This document shows positions 1 to 12,590 of a stretch of DNA of 64,000 nt, one piece after another (the stretch's first letter is position 1; each line of letters opens with the position of its first letter). Source of the stretch: Octopus sinensis (taxonomy: Eukaryota); NCBI RefSeq assembly GCF_006345805.1, contig NC_042999.1, positions 29,760,001 to 29,824,000 on the forward strand. The letters run 5' to 3'. A model generated the notes under the pieces. The model was not told the DNA's origin, did no database searches, and was given only the letters and a program-made list of their open reading frames with translations. The position numbers and the translations under genes were made by a program.

Positions 1-1300
1 CTAGCTCTCACTGACAAAGCAAACGTGTCCTTCCAACTGCTCGATATTGTAGGCCCTGAACGTTTTGATACAACCCCTTGTATGTATGTATGCATGTATG
101 TGTGTATGTATAAATTTGAGCGGGTGTGTTTGCGTATGTATGCGTGTGCATATATATGTATTGTGTGAGTACGTTTATGCGTGCGTATGTGCATGAGCAG
201 AAGTGATTTGAAGTAGAATATTATCTATATTCTAAATGGTATGCTTTATAAATTAGCCATTTTTTAAAAGCTAGAAACCCTTATATGAGAAACAGTCAAT
301 GGCTGGCTTAGATTGATTAGAAGGCATATGACAAAGTGAATCACTGAACTGTTCCGACATGTAATGAGAGAGCTGGATTGGTTAGAGAATGACATTTAAT
401 CAGGAAGATTTTTGGAAGGGATTTTGAGTACGTGAGTGTGTGAAATTGACATCAATATCAGAAAAGATAACTGTCACGGTAACTTCTTGTCACGGTTCCT
501 GCTTTGTGTTATCATGTTGCTACTAAAAATCGTTTAAATAGGATGAGAGCTTTCAACAGACAACAGAAGAATAGGAAACCAATTAATCAATTGCATTTCC
601 TGAACGACCAAAAGCTTCACAGGGCTATTATAGACAAACGTGACGCACAAGTCGCACGCATACCCTCGTTCCAAAACTCCAATTTTCAAAATCTCATCAT
701 CGTTAGCAGAAAATGTTTTACAAGTTAAATATTTAATTCCATTGTCAATACACGTGAGAAATGAATTGAATCGGTATAAGCTTCCAGGCGCCCAAAATTT
801 ATTTGGTATTCTAATTAACAAATTTTCAATAAATTTTCAATAAATAATTATTAGTCTCAATCCCAAAGTTCTTCGAATTTTTAATTTACAGACACTCACA
901 CACACACACACACATACACATACACAAACGCACATGCACACTCATGCACGCATACACACACACATATATATCGTATATAACAGAACTTATAATTTTCCAC
1001 GTACTATAACAAGTTATATTCCAATTGTTTGTAATAATTTATACACACATATCATTGAAAATATTTCTGACCTTCGAGATTTCAACTATTGGAAACACAC
1101 ATATAATGTAGGTATTGTGTGAAAAATGCCGATGCCTTTGTTGTTTTGCAATTGTATGTGCCTTGGTGGACCATCAAAGCCGTTGTCTTATGATTGAAAA
1201 ATAAAGTGAACAAGAAATAATGTGTGCATGCATGCATGTACTCACACACTCACACACATATTATAACACACATAATCACGCATACACACACACACGCGTA

Positions 1301-1343
<43 letters not shown>

Positions 1344-1778
1344 CAAAACTACATATAATTGGAAATGTTTTGCTAATTTTTATTCACTGTTACACGTGTT
1401 TCATTTACAAATAAAAATTACAAAGTTTTACATATTAGATTTTCATATAACGAATTGTCCTATTTGAAATTTTTCAGGCTGTATTTCTCCGCTTAAAAGG
1501 GATATCAGAAGGGAAATTGGGGGTGGGTGGTGTTTAGAATTTTTTCCACTGACATTTTGAAAATACATTGGCTTAGATTCCGGAGACTCTAAGACACTAT
1601 CTTTTTAGCATTATATTTACGTTCTGAGTGGAAATAACTATTTCTCGCCCATTTTGCTTCTTAATTCAACCTTCAACTTTTTATATTTACTTCTTTGTAG
1701 CCTTTTCTTGCTTTTGTCTCATATTATCATCACATTTTTAGTTGTTTATGACATAAAAAACTATATTGTGTTATATAT

Positions 1779-3010
1779 ATTGGTTCATCCCGTAACGAAT
1801 CCGTTTTTATTTCAGTTGCATGAACTAGAAGTTTGTATTTCTGCTTAGTGCAAGTTTTGAAGAGTGAAGTTCGATTCCAACAGTTATTTTTGGAAAACTA
1901 TAATAGCAGTAAGAAAGAAGCATATATTCGGTTTATTTTGCTTTATGAATTCAATAAAGGCGACGACGCAACGGAATGTGCCAGATGTATTAGTGCGGTA
2001 TATGGGCTTCGGACAATAAGCGTAAGCCAGTGTCAACGGTAGTTCCAGAAATTCCTAGCGAGAAACTACAGCCTAGAAGACGAGAATCGTCCTGGAAGAT
2101 ATGTAGAGTCCGATGAGGACGTCCTGCAAATCCTAGTAGAACAAAATATATATCTTAACTGTCGAGGAACTAGCAACAATGTTGGATTTCGCCATTTAAA
2201 CATTCGTCGAGGCCTGAGTGCCATAGGACTATTCAACAATGTCTTCCGCACAAACTAGCCGAGCCTAATCGCACGCAGAGAGTGAATGCGTGGTCTTCTT
2301 TGCTGTCAGGTCTCAACAATGAACATTTGTGCGGCCGAAGAGTGACGTGTGACGAGAAATTGGTTATTTATAAAAATGTCTAGCGCTGAAGACGGTGGGT
2401 TGGGAAATGTGAAACACCGGCATCCCGGACTAAAGAAGGTCTTCAAACACGTAAAGTGTTGTTATCTGTTTAGGCCACGTAAATTACTGTTACCGTTTGG
2501 TGCGATATGTAAAGTTTAGTCAACTTTGAATTTTAAACCCAAATCAAACGATAGCAAAAGAGATTTACTGTGAGCAGCATGTGTGACTTAAATTAGCGCT
2601 TGATGATAAACGATCATCTTTGGTTTCAAGACCAAAGGTGTTCCTCCATTAGGATAAAGCTCGGCTATGTACGGCCAGGATGACATTCCAAAGGCTGGAG
2701 CAGTTTTAATGGGAAACGATTCCCCACCTAATATATTCGCTGTATATTTTCCCATTTGATTACGATTTCTTCCCCAGACTTCAAAACTACTTGGACGGAA
2801 ACAATATGAAGTATGTAGACGAGGTAGAAAAGTATTTGAGGAGTAATTTTCGTTACGAACACGCGAAATTGGGAAGTTGGGCCTTCTATCAGTCAGATGG
2901 AAGAGCATTGTAGAAAATATAGGGGTGTATATTTTAGATTAAAAAATACCTTTTTCTAATTTTGAATAATATATTATATAAAACCGCCTTATTTTTAGGC
3001 TGTCACGATA
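1779..3010 (+). mobile_element. Full-length decayed mariner (Tc1/mariner) transposon with degenerate TIRs
   Basis: Translation gives IRFILLYEFNKG..A...I.AVYG..TISVSQCQR*FQKF...YSLEDE.RPGR (mariner HTH). A CDEKLVIYKN (GDEKW-like) motif lies near 2340-2375 and a C-terminal LQNYLDG...RWKSIVEN motif near 2780-2920. Ends TATTGGTTCATCCCGTAACGAATCCGTTTTT (1778) and AAAACCGCCTTATTTTTAGGCTGTCACGATA (2980-3010) are imperfect inverted repeats. Many stops and frameshifts. Confidence 0.85.
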
Positions 3011-3025
3011 TAGACTTACATATAC

Positions 3026-3160
<135 letters not shown>

Positions 3161-3460
3161 GTATGTATATATAAGTCTATATCAAATGTATATATATATA
3201 TATTATATATATATATATGTATGTACGTATGTATGTATATATAAGTCTATATCAAATGTAACAACCACTCAATAGGGGACAATAAAACAACTGGAAAGAC
3301 ATACAATACAAGTTCGACACGCATATACGTGTGATCTCTCTATCTATCTAGTTATCTATTTATCAAATCTATCTGTATGTCTGTCTGGCCGTCTGTCTGG
3401 CCGTCTGTCTATCCATCCATCCATACATCCATCCATCTAACTTTATATATATCTATGTAT

Positions 3461-3618
3461 TATTTAAAAGCAGCAGAAATTCAACAAAACCTGTTACTCG
3501 GAGTTTCACGTTCCTGTTCGACGGACAGTTTTGTTAGAACTTTAACAAAACTGTCCGACGAACGGGAACGTAAAGCTCCGAGTAACAGGTTTTCTTGAAT
3601 TTCTGCTGATTTTAAATA
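3461..3618. repeat. 158-bp foldback palindrome (76-bp arms, 6-nt loop) carrying the 3' half of a hammerhead ribozyme
   Basis: Arms TATTTAAAAGCAGCAGAAATTC...GGACAGTTTTGTTA / TAACAAAACTGTCC...GAATTTCTGCTGATTTTAAATA with 6 mismatches. The minus strand of the left arm reads GAAAC-TCCGA-GTA-ACAGG. Confidence 0.9.
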
Positions 3619-3792
3619 AAGCATATTACTCTACCCCTGGTATTTGAGTACTCTTTTTTCCACCTTGTTTCACATTTATGTGTTTACTCCGGTATATATA
3701 TATGTATGTATATATTTATCTATCTATCAGTCAATCTATATATCTACCTATAAACAAGCACATACACACACTTACACACATTTCATACGTAC

Positions 3793-3850
<58 letters not shown>

Positions 3851-3854
<4 letters not shown>

Positions 3855-4459
3855 AAGAAGGGTAGTAATATTATTTACTACCAGGTGCCCAGCACAAAAC
3901 ACGAATTAGTCATAAGACAAAAATATTATTCATATAGAAAAATATTATTCATGTAGTTATACAATTAAGGGCTCCTAAATAAAGATGCCGAGTGCTGGGA
4001 ACACAAAAGGGGATGAATTTATCGAGAGTGAAAATCAAAAACGTTTACCGATAACTTTAACAACTCGTACCGCGGTTTCTGCTTCTTTCTAGCAAAACAC
4101 AGAATATGTTTGCTAAGGCCAGCTTCATCAGCGAGTCGCCTAAATTTAATCGAGGTCTGCAGCGATGTGGGACTATGTGTTGAATCCGACTACTAGCAGA
4201 TCTTAACTTTTCAAATCTCTGCGCAGACGCAAAATTTACACGGGCATGCCGGGAAGAATTTTACGAATAAATCCATCATGTGGTGTGCGAATATAAACAA
4301 GAAGGGTAGTAATATTATTTACTACCAGGTGCCCAGCACAAAAGACGAATTAGTCATAAGACAAAAATATTATTCATATAGAAAAATATTATTCATGTAG
4401 TTATACAATTAAGGGCTCCTAAATAAAGATGCCGAGTGCTGGGAAGACAAAAAGGGGAT
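3851..4459 (-). mobile_element. ORF-less HHR-bearing partial-tandem element (444-bp unit, 164-bp terminal duplication), retrozyme-like / non-autonomous PLE
   Basis: 3851-4014 is repeated almost identically at 4295-4459. An HHR lies in the unique middle, and both ends abut (AT)n. Confidence 0.8.
4063..4136 (-). ncRNA. Type I hammerhead ribozyme
   Basis: Minus strand: ACTCG-CTGATGA-[A GCT...TAGCAAA-loop-TTTGCTA...AGC A]-GAAA-CCGCG-GTA^CGAGT. Stem I is ACTCG/CGAGT, stem III is the palindrome ACCGCGGT, and the GUA cleavage site falls between 4068 and 4067. Confidence 0.85.
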
Positions 4460-4544
4460 ATATATATATATATATGTAGGTCCCGGGTTGATTCGGGGTT
4501 AACCACAGTAAATAAGGTACTCAATACATAGCAGAGTAAAATTA

Positions 4545-4959
4545 ATTTATTATATAGAAGGAGCTTCTACAGGACTAGAACTGTTTCATTCAAGAGAAAT
4601 CTTCAGGAAGCTAGTTAACAAGAATTGTATTGGCATTTATACATTTAGGCGGGTTTAAAGGGGTGGTGGTGGGGGACTTTTTTGGGGGTAGGCATAGCGA
4701 AAAAAAATCATACTTGGGGGAGTGGTCAAGGAGTCAGTGGTAAATTAGATAGAAGAATAAATAAAAGAATAAAAAAAGGGAATAAAAAAATATATAGAAG
4801 AATAGAGTTTTAGGTAAATAAGGAAATTCTCACTTATACCTATACACATATGTATACATATATACACACACACATGTATATATACACACACACGACCACA
4901 CATACACATACACACATACACACATATATATATATATATACATACATATATCTACATAT

Positions 4960-4993
<34 letters not shown>

Positions 4994-5221
4994 CATACAC
5001 ATATACATGCATATACATATACACACACACATGTATATATACACACACACGACCACACATACACATACACACAAAAAAATATATATACATACACACACAA
5101 ACACATACACACATACACACACAAATCCACATACACACATGCACTCACAACACACAAGTCCCTATATACTCATATATACATATACACATATATGTATATA
5201 TACATATATATATTATATATA

Positions 5222-5308
<87 letters not shown>

Positions 5309-5633
5309 GTGTTCCTATTCATACCTACACATACACACATATACATACAAATACAAACCCATTCCCTAATTTGAATTTATTATCTTCATTTTTTACTTTT
5401 GTTATCTTTGACCGCTGGTCACAAGCATCTTGGCTACGACAGCTAGTCCCTTTCATCTTTCTACTTGAGCACAAGCACTCACTCACGCACGCACACTCAT
5501 TAGCACGCACACTCATTCATTCGTACGCTCATACACATACACGCACGCACGCGTTATATTCATACATACATACATCTACATACATACACGTATATACACA
5601 TACGTACGCGTACCTACAGATTCATGTCTACAA
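4545..5633. repeat. Left arm of ~1 kb inverted repeat (partner 16146-17122)
   Basis: Unique segments (4545-4850, 5360-5480) match the reverse complement of 16830-17122 and 16290-16410 with only scattered substitutions. Microsatellite lengths differ between the arms. Confidence 0.95.
4562..4612 (-). ncRNA. Type I hammerhead ribozyme (PLE 3' pLTR)
   Basis: AGCTTC-CTGAAGA-T TTC TCTT GAA T-GAAA-CAG TTCTAGTC CT-GTA^GAAGCT. Stem I is a perfect 6 bp, stem II has a U.U closing pair, and the triplet is GUA. Confidence 0.85.
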
Positions 5634-6287
5634 TCTTAGAAGCCTAGTCTATACGTATACACCAATAAATATATATACACACATACATATACACCTACAT
5701 ACAAATACAAACATACATATATATACACACATATATATATACACATACACACATATATATATATATATCCGCATACATACATGCATACATATATACACAC
5801 ATACACACACCCACACGTATACATATACATACATATACGCGCATGCATACACATACAAATACATACACATACACATATACATATACATACATACATATAT
5901 AGATATATATATATATATATACATACATACATATACATACATATACATATATACACACACACATACATACACATATACACATACACGCACATACAAATAT
6001 ACATGCGTACCCATACACATTCACACACGCGCGCATCCATATATACACATAAGTACACACATGCGTAAAAGTATACATATTCTATGCTTACACATACACA
6101 CACACACACGCCATTCTTATGTTCATACTTACGCATACTCCAAAAATAAGTAATAAATATATATACGTGCAGTTATTCATACATGCATACTCAAAAAATA
6201 ATAATAAATAATAAATAATAATATTAAGTATATATAGTGCAGTTACCTATTATACAGACGGATACATACATAATAACCTTACACACA

Positions 6288-6366
<79 letters not shown>

Positions 6367-7419
6367 TATATATTTATATACAAATATATATATCTCTCTA
6401 TATATAAACGGCAGTTTGTCTGTGCGTGCTTCTGTCTGTCTGTTTTCTCGTACCCTCACCCTGACCACGGCTTTCAACCGATTCTGATGAAACTTGACAC
6501 ACACATAGCCCAATGTCATAATTCAAAACTAACGAAGCGAAAATTTTGAAAAGTTCCCCCAGTTCTGAAAAAAATTGATAAATTCGACATGGGGTCGAGA
6601 ATCATAAACATGAACCACAGACTGTCTAGGGGACGCAACTCGAGAATCTAAGCTTTTTTTATGCAACGCATAACTATGGTAGTTTTCACAACTTGCAATC
6701 GATTTTCACCAAACTCATGGTGAAGCTTAATGTTACCCTAAGAAACTCAATTCTGACGTTAGTTTTCCATGCAATACCTTACCATCAGAAACAATCGATA
6801 AAATCATGCCATTTTGGGAAATCGCGTTCAAATTCAAGATGACATATTTTCGACAATATCTTTCACAAATTGGCAGGAATCTTTTTTTTTTCACAACGAG
6901 CATCATGTCTGCTCCAAGGAGCTATATAGCCCTTTTTATTCCAATAGGATACATTATTGGAAAAAATCGGTTAATTTAATCATATGTGGCACACATAGCA
7001 AACAAATTTGTGTATTAACACAAACCACCAGACTGTCTAGGGACGTAACTTGACCTTTTTAGCTATCGATAATTCGATCCAACCAATTCCTACCAGGAAG
7101 AATTACATTCGAGACTTTACCCCCAACACCGCCACTTCTGCTAATAGCTGCTGCAGCCGCAAGTTATTCGAATACTTTTTGGTTTAAACTTTCTTTATAA
7201 CTACCACCCCAAACGTTTTACCTTCAATTTTTGACGTACCCTAACGGTCCTCGGACGCTACTTGCAAACTCTTGGTTTATTATAAACCACTTTTGTCGTG
7301 TGCATCAAAAAACTTTTCCTTTCGTTTGTTCAGTTTGATCACTTTTGACTTTTTCGTTGTTGTCACTCACATTGCTGCCAGCTTTTTGGCCGTTTTTGTA
7401 CATTTTTATACATTTTCGG

Positions 7420-7546
7420 ATACTTACCCCACGAGCTCCTCCTTTTTATTACACCTTTACACCAAACACATTGCTATCCACCAAAATACTTACCCCACGT
7501 GTTCCTTTTTATTACACCTTTGCCAAACACATTGCTATCCACCAAA
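7420..7546 (+). repeat. ~65-bp tandem duplication immediately upstream of the Helitron ATG
   Basis: ATACTTACCCCACG...CCTTTTTATTACACCTTT..CCAAACACATTGCTATCCACCAAAAT occurs twice, and the second copy runs into ATGCCACCCAAG. Confidence 0.85.
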
Positions 7547-10500
7547 ATGCCACCCAAGAAGAGAAGGACCATCCTCAGCCCTCGGACGGCCAAGGCATCG
7601 GCTGCTAGGGCTAGAAGGGCACGCGAGACCCACGAGGAAACCGCCTTGCGCCTCTCGCAACCAGCTTCCCGTTATGCCGCTGCTCAGGCATCTGAAACTA
7701 CTAGCGACCGTTCTACCCGACTTGCAAGGGTCGCAGCGTACAGATCTTCCCTCCGCTTGAGGTTGACGAAAGAGCAACAGTCCAGCCAAAACATGCGGGC
7801 TTCTTACTGTGCTTCCATCCGCAGAGCTCGCGAGAACCCCGAACAAAGGGCCATTCGGAATGCGGCTAACGCCACTAGCACTGCCAGGACACGATCTGTC
7901 GAAACCTCACAGCAGAGGAGAACTCGCCAAGATGCTGACGCCACAAACAAAGCCATGGCCAAAGCTGCCAAAACACCTCAGCAGAGGAGAGCTCGCCAAG
8001 CTGCTAACGCCGCAAACACAGCCAGGGCTCGATCTGCCGAAACTCCACACCAACGGACTATTCGGACATCCAGACATGCCATTAACACTGCTTCTGCTAG
8101 GGCTTCAGAGGGTGCTGAGGCGAGAGCTGAAATGCTTTCAAGGGATGCCACTGCTACCGCTGTCGCACGTGCATCTGAATCTGCTGAGGCACGGTGCACT
8201 CGACTTGAGAGTATCAACAAACGTCGGGATATCATTCGTGGTGTACGTACCCCTGCCCCCGCTTTCTGGTTGTCACTAGCATTCAACTACGACGCCACAA
8301 TTAACTTTTCCTTGCGTGACGACATCAAGATAGGGTCAATGACAATTGTATGCCAGTTTTGCAAAGCCAAGAAATGGCCCGGAGAGCCACCTGGTTTGTG
8401 CTGCTCTGGTGGCAAAGTGGACCTGCCACCCCTACGGGAACCACCTCAACCACTGAAGGATCTCGCGGCGGGTTTAACCCCCGATTCGTCACAATTCCTT
8501 GAAATAATTCGAAAGTACAACTGCTCATTCCAAATGACCTCTTTCTGGGCCAAAATTCCTCCCAGAGAAGGCTGGATGCCTACTTTCAAAGTGCAGGGAC
8601 AGGTCTACCATCTTATTGGGTCACTTCTGCCAGACGAGATTCAGCAGTCTTCTTTCCTCCAAATATACTTCATTGCCGACTACAACCACCAGGTTGATGC
8701 ACGCCTTGGAATAATACCGGGTACAAGCTATGTTCCCCGCAAAGACATTCTTCTCCTCTCCAAACCATGCTTCATGATATCAACAGCTACGTCTGCAGCT
8801 TCAGATATGCCTTGGACAGTGCTCCTTCTCCAAACTTCACCGTTGTCATTGATGCTGATAAACGACCCCACGGGGAGCACGAACGCCGTTTCAACGCACC
8901 TGCGTGCAACGAAATTGCCGCAGTTATACACGGAGAGCAACACAACAGCCGTGACATAATCATCTCCTCCCGTGGTAACAACCTACACAGGATCAGCGAG
9001 ACTCACAGATCTTATGACGCGCTTCAGTATCCATTGCTTTTCCCTTATGGGGAAGATGGCTACCACTTCGGAATTCCTTTACGGCAGCCCTCCAATCAAA
9101 CTACTGCGGCATCAAAGACGGTTTCCTGCAGGCGTTCTACTCATCATACCGGTTCATGGTCAGGGAGGGTGAGTTCAATTTATTGCCCCGTTGTCGTCAG
9201 CTATTCAACCAGTTCGCCGTCGACATGGCCGCAAAAATGGAATCGGAAAGGCTGCTATACATTAAACTTAATCAGACCAAACTTCGCTCCGACTCCTACA
9301 TTCATCTCCGTGACGGTTTGCAACAAGAAAATGACCCTCGCAACATCGGCAAGCCATGCATTCTACCCTCCACCTTCACGGGAGGACCGCGATATATGCG
9401 TGAAAGGATCCAAGACGCCTTGACCTACGTGCGCATTTACGGCCGGCCGGACCTCTTTATCACCTACACGTGCAATCCCAGCTGCGACGAAATCACTCGC
9501 GAAATCCTCCCGGTCAATCTCACACCCATCGACACGACATCGTTGCTAGGGTTTTCCGTCTGAATTTGGGCAAAATGAAGGATTTGATAGTTAAGGGTCA
9601 GATTTTCGGGCATGTCAGGTGCCACATGTTTCGGTCGAGTGGCAAAAGAGGGGCTTGCCACATGCTCACATCTTAATTTTGGCTCACTCATAAAATTGAG
9701 ACTAATGACATTGACAATTCATTTCCGCCGAGATTCCTGACCCCGATGAGGACCCCGGACTCTACGAAATTGTCCGCACTACCATGGTACACGGGCCCTG
9801 TGGACCAAATTACGCCAACACACCATGCTACAAAACCGGATTAGCCTGCTCAAAGGGATTCCCTAAACGGTTCACTTTGGAGACTCAAACAGGCGGCGAT
9901 GGGTATCCGCTGTACAAACGAAGGAGTCCAGCCAATGGAGGCCGCACGATTACGGTTGGGCGACATCAAGTGGACAACAGCTACATTGTCCCCTACTGTC
10001 CTCTCCTGTCGAAGATATTCAAAGCCCACGTCAACGTTGAGTTCTGCAGCTCCATCAGGTCAATACAATATGTCTGCAAATATATCAACAAAGGCAGCGA
10101 TGCTGCCATGTTCAGCATCCAGAGGACCACCAGTCGCGACGAAGTGTCCAACTACTTGGCTGGCCGGTACCTCAGCAGCAACGAAGCGTTTTGGCGCATT
10201 TACGGCTTCCTGCTCCATCAGAGACACCCGGCTGTGGTGCAGCTTGCTGTACACTTGGAAAATGGACAGCGGATTTACTTCACAGAGCAAAGTGCTGTGC
10301 AGATAGCCACCAGCCCTAAAGACACAACGTTGACTGGTTTCTTCAAATTATGCCAACGTGATGACTTCGCTCGAACGCTTTTGTACCCACAGGTCCCATC
10401 GTACTTCGTGTGGTCTAAAAACACCTGGGTTCGACGGAAATCCGGCAAAAACGTCGAAAGCTTCCCAGGCGTCAAGTTTGACTCCTGCCTGGGTCGAGTT

Positions 10501-12416
10501 TACAACATCCCGCCAAACCAGCGAATGCTTCTACCTCCGTCTCCTTCTACATGAGGTCACTGGTCCAACAGGTTTCGCCAATATAAGTACCGTCAATGGG
10601 GTTCTGTGCGACACCTTCAGGGAAGCATGTATGAGACTTGGCCTTCTAGAGGATGACTCCCAGTGGGACGCCACGATGGCAGAGGGTGCTTTACTGCAAA
10701 CGCATTCGGCCCTGCGACATCTTCTTTTCGCAATCCTTCTTCAAAAATGTCAGCTTAGTCATCCACTAAGTCTCTGGATGAAATACAGGGATGACATGTC
10801 GCACGACTTCTTACGTACGGCTCAGCAACACTGCCCTTCCGCCGAGATCACGTTCACCAACTTCATTTACAATTTTGCGCTCATTCAACTCGAAGACGCT
10901 GTCATCGATATGGGTGGGTCTGCTTTAACAGAGTACGGCCTTCCACCACCCACACGTGAACACGCCAATGTTATGTCTGCTGAATTGTTACGCAAACTTC
11001 CTACTGCATTGAGGAACTGCACCAGTACGTCCAAGATAATGAACCACGGCTGCTTCCAGACCAGCGCATAGCCTACAACACCATCGTAGACTCTGTCAGA
11101 CAGCAACGTGGGGGGATTTTCTTCCTTGATGCACCCGGCGGCACAGGCAAAACCTTCGTCACTAAACTAATTCTGGCAGAGGTCAGACGCAACACGGACA
11201 TTGCCCTGGCTGTAGTTTCCTCTGGTATCGCGGCCACGTTGCTTCCGGGTGGCAGAACCGCCCACTCTGCCTTCAGACTCCCGCTCGATCTGGCAAAGTC
11301 CGAGTCACCTATCTGCAACATCGCCAAGAACTCAGAACAGGCCGACATTCTTCGCAGATGCAAACTCATCGTATGGGACGAGTGCACTATGGCACACAAA
11401 GGCGCCCTTGAGGCACTGGACAGGTCCCTGCAAGACATCAGAGACTCTACGGCCCCCATGGGAGGATTAACTTTACTTCTTTCAGGAGACTTCAGGCAGA
11501 CTCTACCTGTTATTCCAAAAGGAACCCGTGCCGATGCCGTGCGCGCGTGCCTTAAGTCGTCAGCTCTTTGGGCACATGTGCGGCCCTTGCACCTCCAAAC
11601 TAACATGCGCGCGCAGTTAATTGGTGACAGCGGATCCGCTGCATTCTCCAGGGACCTCTTATCGCTCGGTGAAAATAGGATGCTGTCTGATGCGGATGGC
11701 TACGTTCAATTGGACTCACTTTGCACCATTGTCGACACCCCTGCTAGCCTCCGGGACGCTGTCTTCCACGACCTACAAAACAATTTACGCGACCTAAAAT
11801 GGCTGGCAGGCAGAGCTATTCTCGCACCCAAAAATACAACCGTCAACTCCATCAATATCCAGCTACTTGAAGCTATTCCTGGTGATGTCCACGTCTACAA
11901 ATCTATAGATAGGACAGCAGACCCCGCCCAGCTTGCCGATTATCCTGTTGAATTCCTGATTCACTTGAACCGCCAGGCCTGCCACCACACATCCTGAAGT
12001 TAAAAGTCGGTGCGCCCATTATGCGCATCAGGAATTTGGTTCCACCTAAACAGTGCAACGGCACACGTTTGGTTGTGAAACATTTGGCACCACATTTAAT
12101 AACGGCCACAATACTTACCGGTTGTGGGAAGGGAGAGGACGTCTTCATTCCACGGATGCACCTTCAACCGTCGGGCGCAGACCTACCAATCCACTTCAGG
12201 CGTTCTCAGTTTCCTGTTAAACTCTGCTTCGCAATGTCCATCAATAAATCCCAAGGCCAAACGCTACAAGTCGCTGGGTTACATTTGGGCGAACAGTGCT
12301 TCGCCCACGGTCAACTCTACGTGGGCTGTTCACGCGTTGGGAGGCGCAATGATGTTTTCATGTTTTCGCCCAAACGGACAGCTAGGAACATCGTATATAC
12401 AGAAGTATTCCAGTGA
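7547..12416 (+). pseudogene. Helitron Rep-helicase (~1620 aa reconstructed: STPR-like repeats, Zn finger, HUH-Y2 Rep, PIF1-family SF1 helicase), broken by ~9 frameshifts as assembled
   Basis: CQFCKAKKWPGEPPGLCCSGGKV Zn finger; YPLLFPYGEDG; ILPSTFTGGPRYM; GRPDLFITYTCNP; VEWQKRGLPHAHILI (HUH, ~9634-9678); YVCKYINKG (Y2); FLDAPGGTGKTF (Walker A); IVWDECTM; SGDFRQTLPV; CNGTRL; [20 protein letters not shown]; [11 protein letters not shown]. Confidence 0.93.
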
Positions 12417-12538
12417 AGACAAGACATTGCAACGTCCACATGCACCTTCGTTCCCTGGAGGGAAAGGACTACATTGGGATTAGTCGTTGCCTACTAGGGG
12501 CTCTTACATACCCGGGCAACGCCGGGCTATGCTGCTAG

Positions 12539-12590
12539 TGAGCTGATGATAGAAGTGTTGTTTTGACTAATCTTGAAACGTACGTTCTCA
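12539..12590 (+). ncRNA. Type I hammerhead ribozyme abutting the Helitron 3' end
   Basis: TGAG-CTGATGA-T AGA AGT...ACT AA TCT T-GAAA-CGTAC-GTT^CTCA. Stem III is the palindrome ACGTACGT, the triplet is GUU, and the first base is the T of the Helitron A|T target. Confidence 0.75.

Larger units (their letters stand above)
6393..12538 (+). mobile_element. Full-length autonomous-type Helitron (6146 bp)
   Basis: 5' end A|TCTCTCTATATATAAACGG. 3' end CCCGG-GCAACG-CCGGG hairpin (12511-12526), then CTAG|T (12535-12539). Inserted between A and T with no TSD, and encodes Rep-helicase. Confidence 0.95.

Noticed and set aside
3851-4459. Direct repeats here and at 49897-50684 as LTRs or CRISPR-like arrays
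   Set aside because: No TG...CA ends, PBS/PPT or TSD, only two copies and no spacer series. Eukaryotic context.
4830-6153. Long Y/I/H/T- or V/C/Y/M-rich ORFs here and at 12.7-14.4, 16.3-16.9, 33.5, 39.5, 48.2, 51.3, 56.2 and 61.8 kb
   Set aside because: They are translations of (AT)n/(CA)n/(TCTA)n microsatellites, which lack stop codons. Not genes.
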